A stretch of DNA of 62,955 nt, filler included, from Atractiella rhizophila (Eukaryota), in assembly GCA_021432655.1 (NCBI GenBank). It is 9 parts of 9 records of this genome, joined end to end, with 100 filler letters (N's around TTAATTAATTAA, not from the genome) between each part and the next. Parts side by side here need not be neighbours in the genome. Positions count along the whole stretch, not along the records: positions 59,508 to 62,955 come from MU272185.1; 8 more parts are not named here. One strand, 5' to 3'. The notes under the pieces were generated by a model. The model was given only the letters and a program-made list of their open reading frames with translations. It ran no database searches and was not told the DNA's origin. Made by a program: the position numbers and the translations under genes. Below, piece after piece: positions 59,508 to 62,955 of this stretch; the stretch's first letter is position 1; the number at the start of each line of letters is the position of its first letter.

Positions 59508-59735
59508 CTTCGGAGGAAGGAGAGTGGGCTTTCTAACCGGGAGAAAGAGAAAGAGAAGGGACAGAAGAAGAAGGACGCGGATGGAGAGGAGGAGTGGGTG
59601 GAGGACTCGGAGGAGTGGGAGGGGAAGGACGTGTTTGCTAATTTGCGGTTGGAGCCCAAGGGGAGCATTTTGAGGAATGGGAGCGAGACTCCGAACCAGG
59701 GAAGGGAGCTTGGAAGGAGGGCCACCGTCATCTAA
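59508..59735 (+). CDS. 3' end of an unidentified gene (charged low-complexity tail)
   Basis: An open frame LRRKESGLSNREKEKEK...EEWEGKDVFANLRLEPKGSILRNG...GRRATVI* starts at the linker and is followed by an AT-rich 3' UTR-like stretch. Confidence 0.5.
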   Translation, partial: LRRKESGLSNREKEKEKGQKKKDADGEEEWVEDSEEWEGKDVFANLRLEPKGSILRNGSETPNQGRELGRRATVI

Positions 59736-60090
59736 TTCTTTCCTCACTCTTTAAGCCCATTTTAAGTAATAATAAGGTGACTTTCGTCGTATTCTGGGTT
59801 GTGTTACGATTTGCTGTTTGTTTGATTTACTCGGTTTGCTTGTGTAGCTCTCTGCATGTTGGTCAAGGCCATATCTCGGTTGGTGGTGAGACTGTGCTGT
59901 GCGTGTCGAGTAATTCCGCGTTCCTTAAAACTCTTCCAACTCTCTGCCTTCCTTCTTCCTTACGACCTCTCGCTTCTCCTTCTCAGCAGCGTTGAGCTGT
60001 TTGTTGTTCATCTCAGTCGTGTTTCGAGCGTTTGAAAGGGATCCAAATTGTGATCCCGACATTCAACAGCAGTTAGCTAATCAGGCCGAG

Positions 60091-62525
60091 ATGTCCTCCT
60101 TCCCACCAACCTCTCCCACGCTCCCCTCCCACTCCAACTCCCTCACCTCCTCCACCACCCACGCCTCCTACACCTCCTCAGCCCCAATCATGGCCCACCC
60201 ATCCCCCTCCCTCCCCGCAGGGTACAACCGTCACTCCTTCCTCGACCCACACCAGCCCCTCTCCCCGCCGCCGCCTCATACAACTGCTGACGTGCCACTC
60301 GGAAGCGCTGGGCTGCCGCAAGGCGCTGCGTATCAGCCGCAGAGGTCGTCTTACATCCCTGATGCTCCAGAAGATGGACGGTATGTCCTTCTTTCTCTTT
60401 CTCCTCTTCATATCATTTCTGGAATGCAATGCTTTTGAAATGATTTGGATGTGTGGAGCGATTGGCGTGTGTGCATGGCTGAAATGGTGTGTGATGGATG
60501 GTGCGTGCTGGTATCAGGTACTCGTACGCCCTCGCACCCGCTCCGCCATCGCCTTCGCCACACAACGGCATCCATTCCGACTTTGCCTATGCGCCCGAAG
60601 GACACTCAAACCATCATGTTGGTAGTGGCAGAGCTGGGGTTGAGGAGGAGGAGAAGAACGAGAAAAGGAGGTGGAGGGAGAAGCAGAGGGAGAGGACCGT
60701 GGGTCAGTTCTTTAGGGGGTTTAGGACTCCTAATCAGGTTCGTATCTCTTTTTACTTTTTACTTTTTACTTTTCCCTTTTGGAGGTCTTTGGGATGTGCT
60801 GGTTTGGGATGGGATGGGATTGTTTGTATCCTCCATCCGTCTTGGGGTATGATGAGGGATTATGGTTTCCCTTTGTTCTTGGAATAGGAGGTGTCTTCCT
60901 TTGAGTTTCGTGATGTAGTGCTGCTCCTACATCATTGATGGTTCATCATTTCACCATAAGGATCGATCTCTATATTTTCCGGGACGAGAAATTTCCCTAG
61001 AGAATGTCATATTTTCATGGATAAAGTCCTAAAGCCTGTTATGGATATTCATGACTGACGATGGTGACCCAAAGCTCGCCTATCTCCTCACCGTGGCGCT
61101 CCAAGGCCCCATCGTGCTCACCATGATCTCGATCGTCTTCGCCCGCATACGAGACAACAGCATCCGGACGACGCCCCAACTCCGGTCCATCTCCGTCTAC
61201 CTCGCCATCTACATATTCGGGTGCATCTTCGAGATCGTGGCGGCCGTGGACGCGTTACGGCTCAAGAACACGATCCAACTCGTCGCCATCCTCTTCTTCA
61301 ACATCGCCATCCTCGTCTACGGTTGCTTGGTCTCTGGACAGGTCGATGATGCGCTTAGACCTAGTTTTGGAAGCACTTGTAGGGAGTTGGCGGATGGGAC
61401 TGTCGTTGGTAGTGATGATAATTTGGTGTGTATTCCTTTCTTTACCTTGCAAGAGCGGTTGGTGTGGAAGTGTGTATAGGAAGGAGTGACTGATCGGTTG
61501 TGTGGTGAACAGACTTGTTTTGGCGTCCTCAAGCTGTACAACGAAGTCAAAAAGTTCATTTATGTCATCCCAGCGGTCACTGCTGCCGGCACTGCCGTCT
61601 TGGCCTACTTGAGCTGGTTCGTTCCTCCATCCCTCTCCTCTCATCATGGCGATGTTAACCGTGAGGGAACTGCAGGCGACTCTTCGCTGAGTTCGGGTGG
61701 GACGTGTATCGGCGGATCGGCGCGGATATTCAGCTCAAGAGTCCGTTTATCCCTATACAAATGGAGACAGATGATGACGTTGGGTGTAGGGATGTATTTC
61801 TACTATCAGATTTACGTCTGTCTCCTCAAATTCGACTTTTTCTTCTTCGTCGGATTCACCATCCAATACCTCATCCTCGTCCTCGCTGGATCCAACACCG
61901 CCGAGGTACGTCCTCCTCTCCTGCTAGAGCATCCCTGTGGTTGAGCAATGTTGGTACTAGTTCGTGGTGACCATCATCGCCTTACCGGTCACTGTGGTCA
62001 TCATCGTCATTGCCGCCATGGCTGTTAGACTGGAGATACGGTCGGTGACCTATATCATCTTTGTCACCGAAGCTTTGGGCCTCGTGCGTCTTTCTTCGCA
62101 TCAGCATTCGTCGGAACAACGGGATTGATCGAGAGTGCAGGCATACTTTTGTTACAAGCTCTTCAGGCTGTTCGAGAAGTCGCAGCGGTATAGATATGCG
62201 TTCTCAAGGAGGACACTCGCCATCTTTTCTGGACTTTCTATCAGTCAGTCCTCGTCTGTTCATTCGTTGAGTTTGAGATTGATTTTCTGGACAGTAATGA
62301 TGGTTCTTACCATCATAGCATCTGTGGTGTGCTATTTGAATTTTGGAAGGGGATTAAAGGACCAGAGTGAGTTCTCCCTCCTCATATCTACCCTATAATT
62401 AAGAAGACTGACATGCGAAATCAACAGTCCCGCCGTACTTTCCTTCACTCAATCCACTGAAACAGAGGAAGAACGAAGACGAGAAGGAGGAGAACACGAA
62501 TCAGAGTCGGACTAGTCTGGATTGA
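60091..62525 (+). CDS. Multi-pass membrane protein, UPF0658 Golgi membrane protein (S. pombe C23H3.04)-like, multi-exon
   Basis: Pro/Ser-rich N-terminus, then YLAIYIFGCIFEIVAAVDALRLKNTIQL, EFGWDVYRRIGADIQLK|RMYFYYQIYVCLLKFDFFFFVGFTIQYLILV, YFCYKLFRL and CYLNFGRGLK, ending ...SRTSLD*. Confidence 0.78.
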
Positions 62526-62955
62526 TTTTCTACATGGACCAACTTGGTAGCTTTGCAGCATTATCACGATTTCGATTTCGGGAGGGAGAAGGAGAAGGAG
62601 AGTCACGAGGCTCTCAGGATCGGAACCTTGTTTCGTTTCGTCGAATGCTGATCACGAATTGATTGCCGATTCCCTTTCAGTTTCTTGTAGTAGTAGCATC
62701 TACTTACTTTATTATTCTGTCAATACTATTCCATTGTCACGAAACGAATATCTCACGTAACGAACAATTCTCGATACAACAACTGCCGCAAATCAGTTCC
62801 ATAAGGAGCCCGAAAGATGTCCAAGATCGTGTCTCCCTCCCCAGTGCAAGCGAAGGTGCGTGTCCTCAATAACAGCGTGTGGAGGCATGGGAAGAGCTGA
62901 GAGAGCGCTTTCGGGAGCAGTCGACGCCTCTGGTGTGCTCCGGTATCCTTCCGCC

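Overview
This is fungal genomic DNA, intron-rich and most likely basidiomycete. The short introns with GTGCGT/GTACGT/GTCCGT/GTTCGT donors and the Rhodotorula-type PAL suggest Pucciniomycotina (inference). The window is not one locus. It is nine assembly pieces joined by artificial 100-nt N44-TTAATTAATTAA-N44 linkers, plus one 692-N gap, so neighbourhoods across linkers carry no meaning. Piece 1: UBC6 and the 3' part of PDS5. Piece 2: a transposon graveyard (PIF/Harbinger end with a Myb/SANT ORF, a decayed hAT element, and a decayed TE-associated ORF). Piece 3: large-subunit catalase, THI6 and a JEN1-type transporter. Piece 4: a Nab2-like 5' end, CWC15, PAL, a PRPP synthetase and the ERG9 5' part. 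Piece 5: an SRPK-like kinase, a GST, an MDL1-type ABC transporter and a bZIP 3' part. Piece 6: UTP20. Piece 7: a Zn2Cys6 factor, a DH-PH RhoGEF and an F-box protein. Piece 8: a Zn2Cys6 factor head-to-head with a divergent Gti1/Pac2 (WOPR) gene. Piece 9: a UPF0658-like membrane protein. The most interesting observations are a PAL/TAL ending in a predicted peroxisomal signal (-PKARL*), the divergent WOPR gene, oversized introns with internal splice signals and hairpins in UBC6, THI6 and MDL1, a RhoGEF with a predicted N-terminal membrane anchor, and a 12-nt microexon needed to complete a zinc cluster. All gene models were read by eye, so exon boundaries are approximate. I found no unambiguous new multi-gene system.
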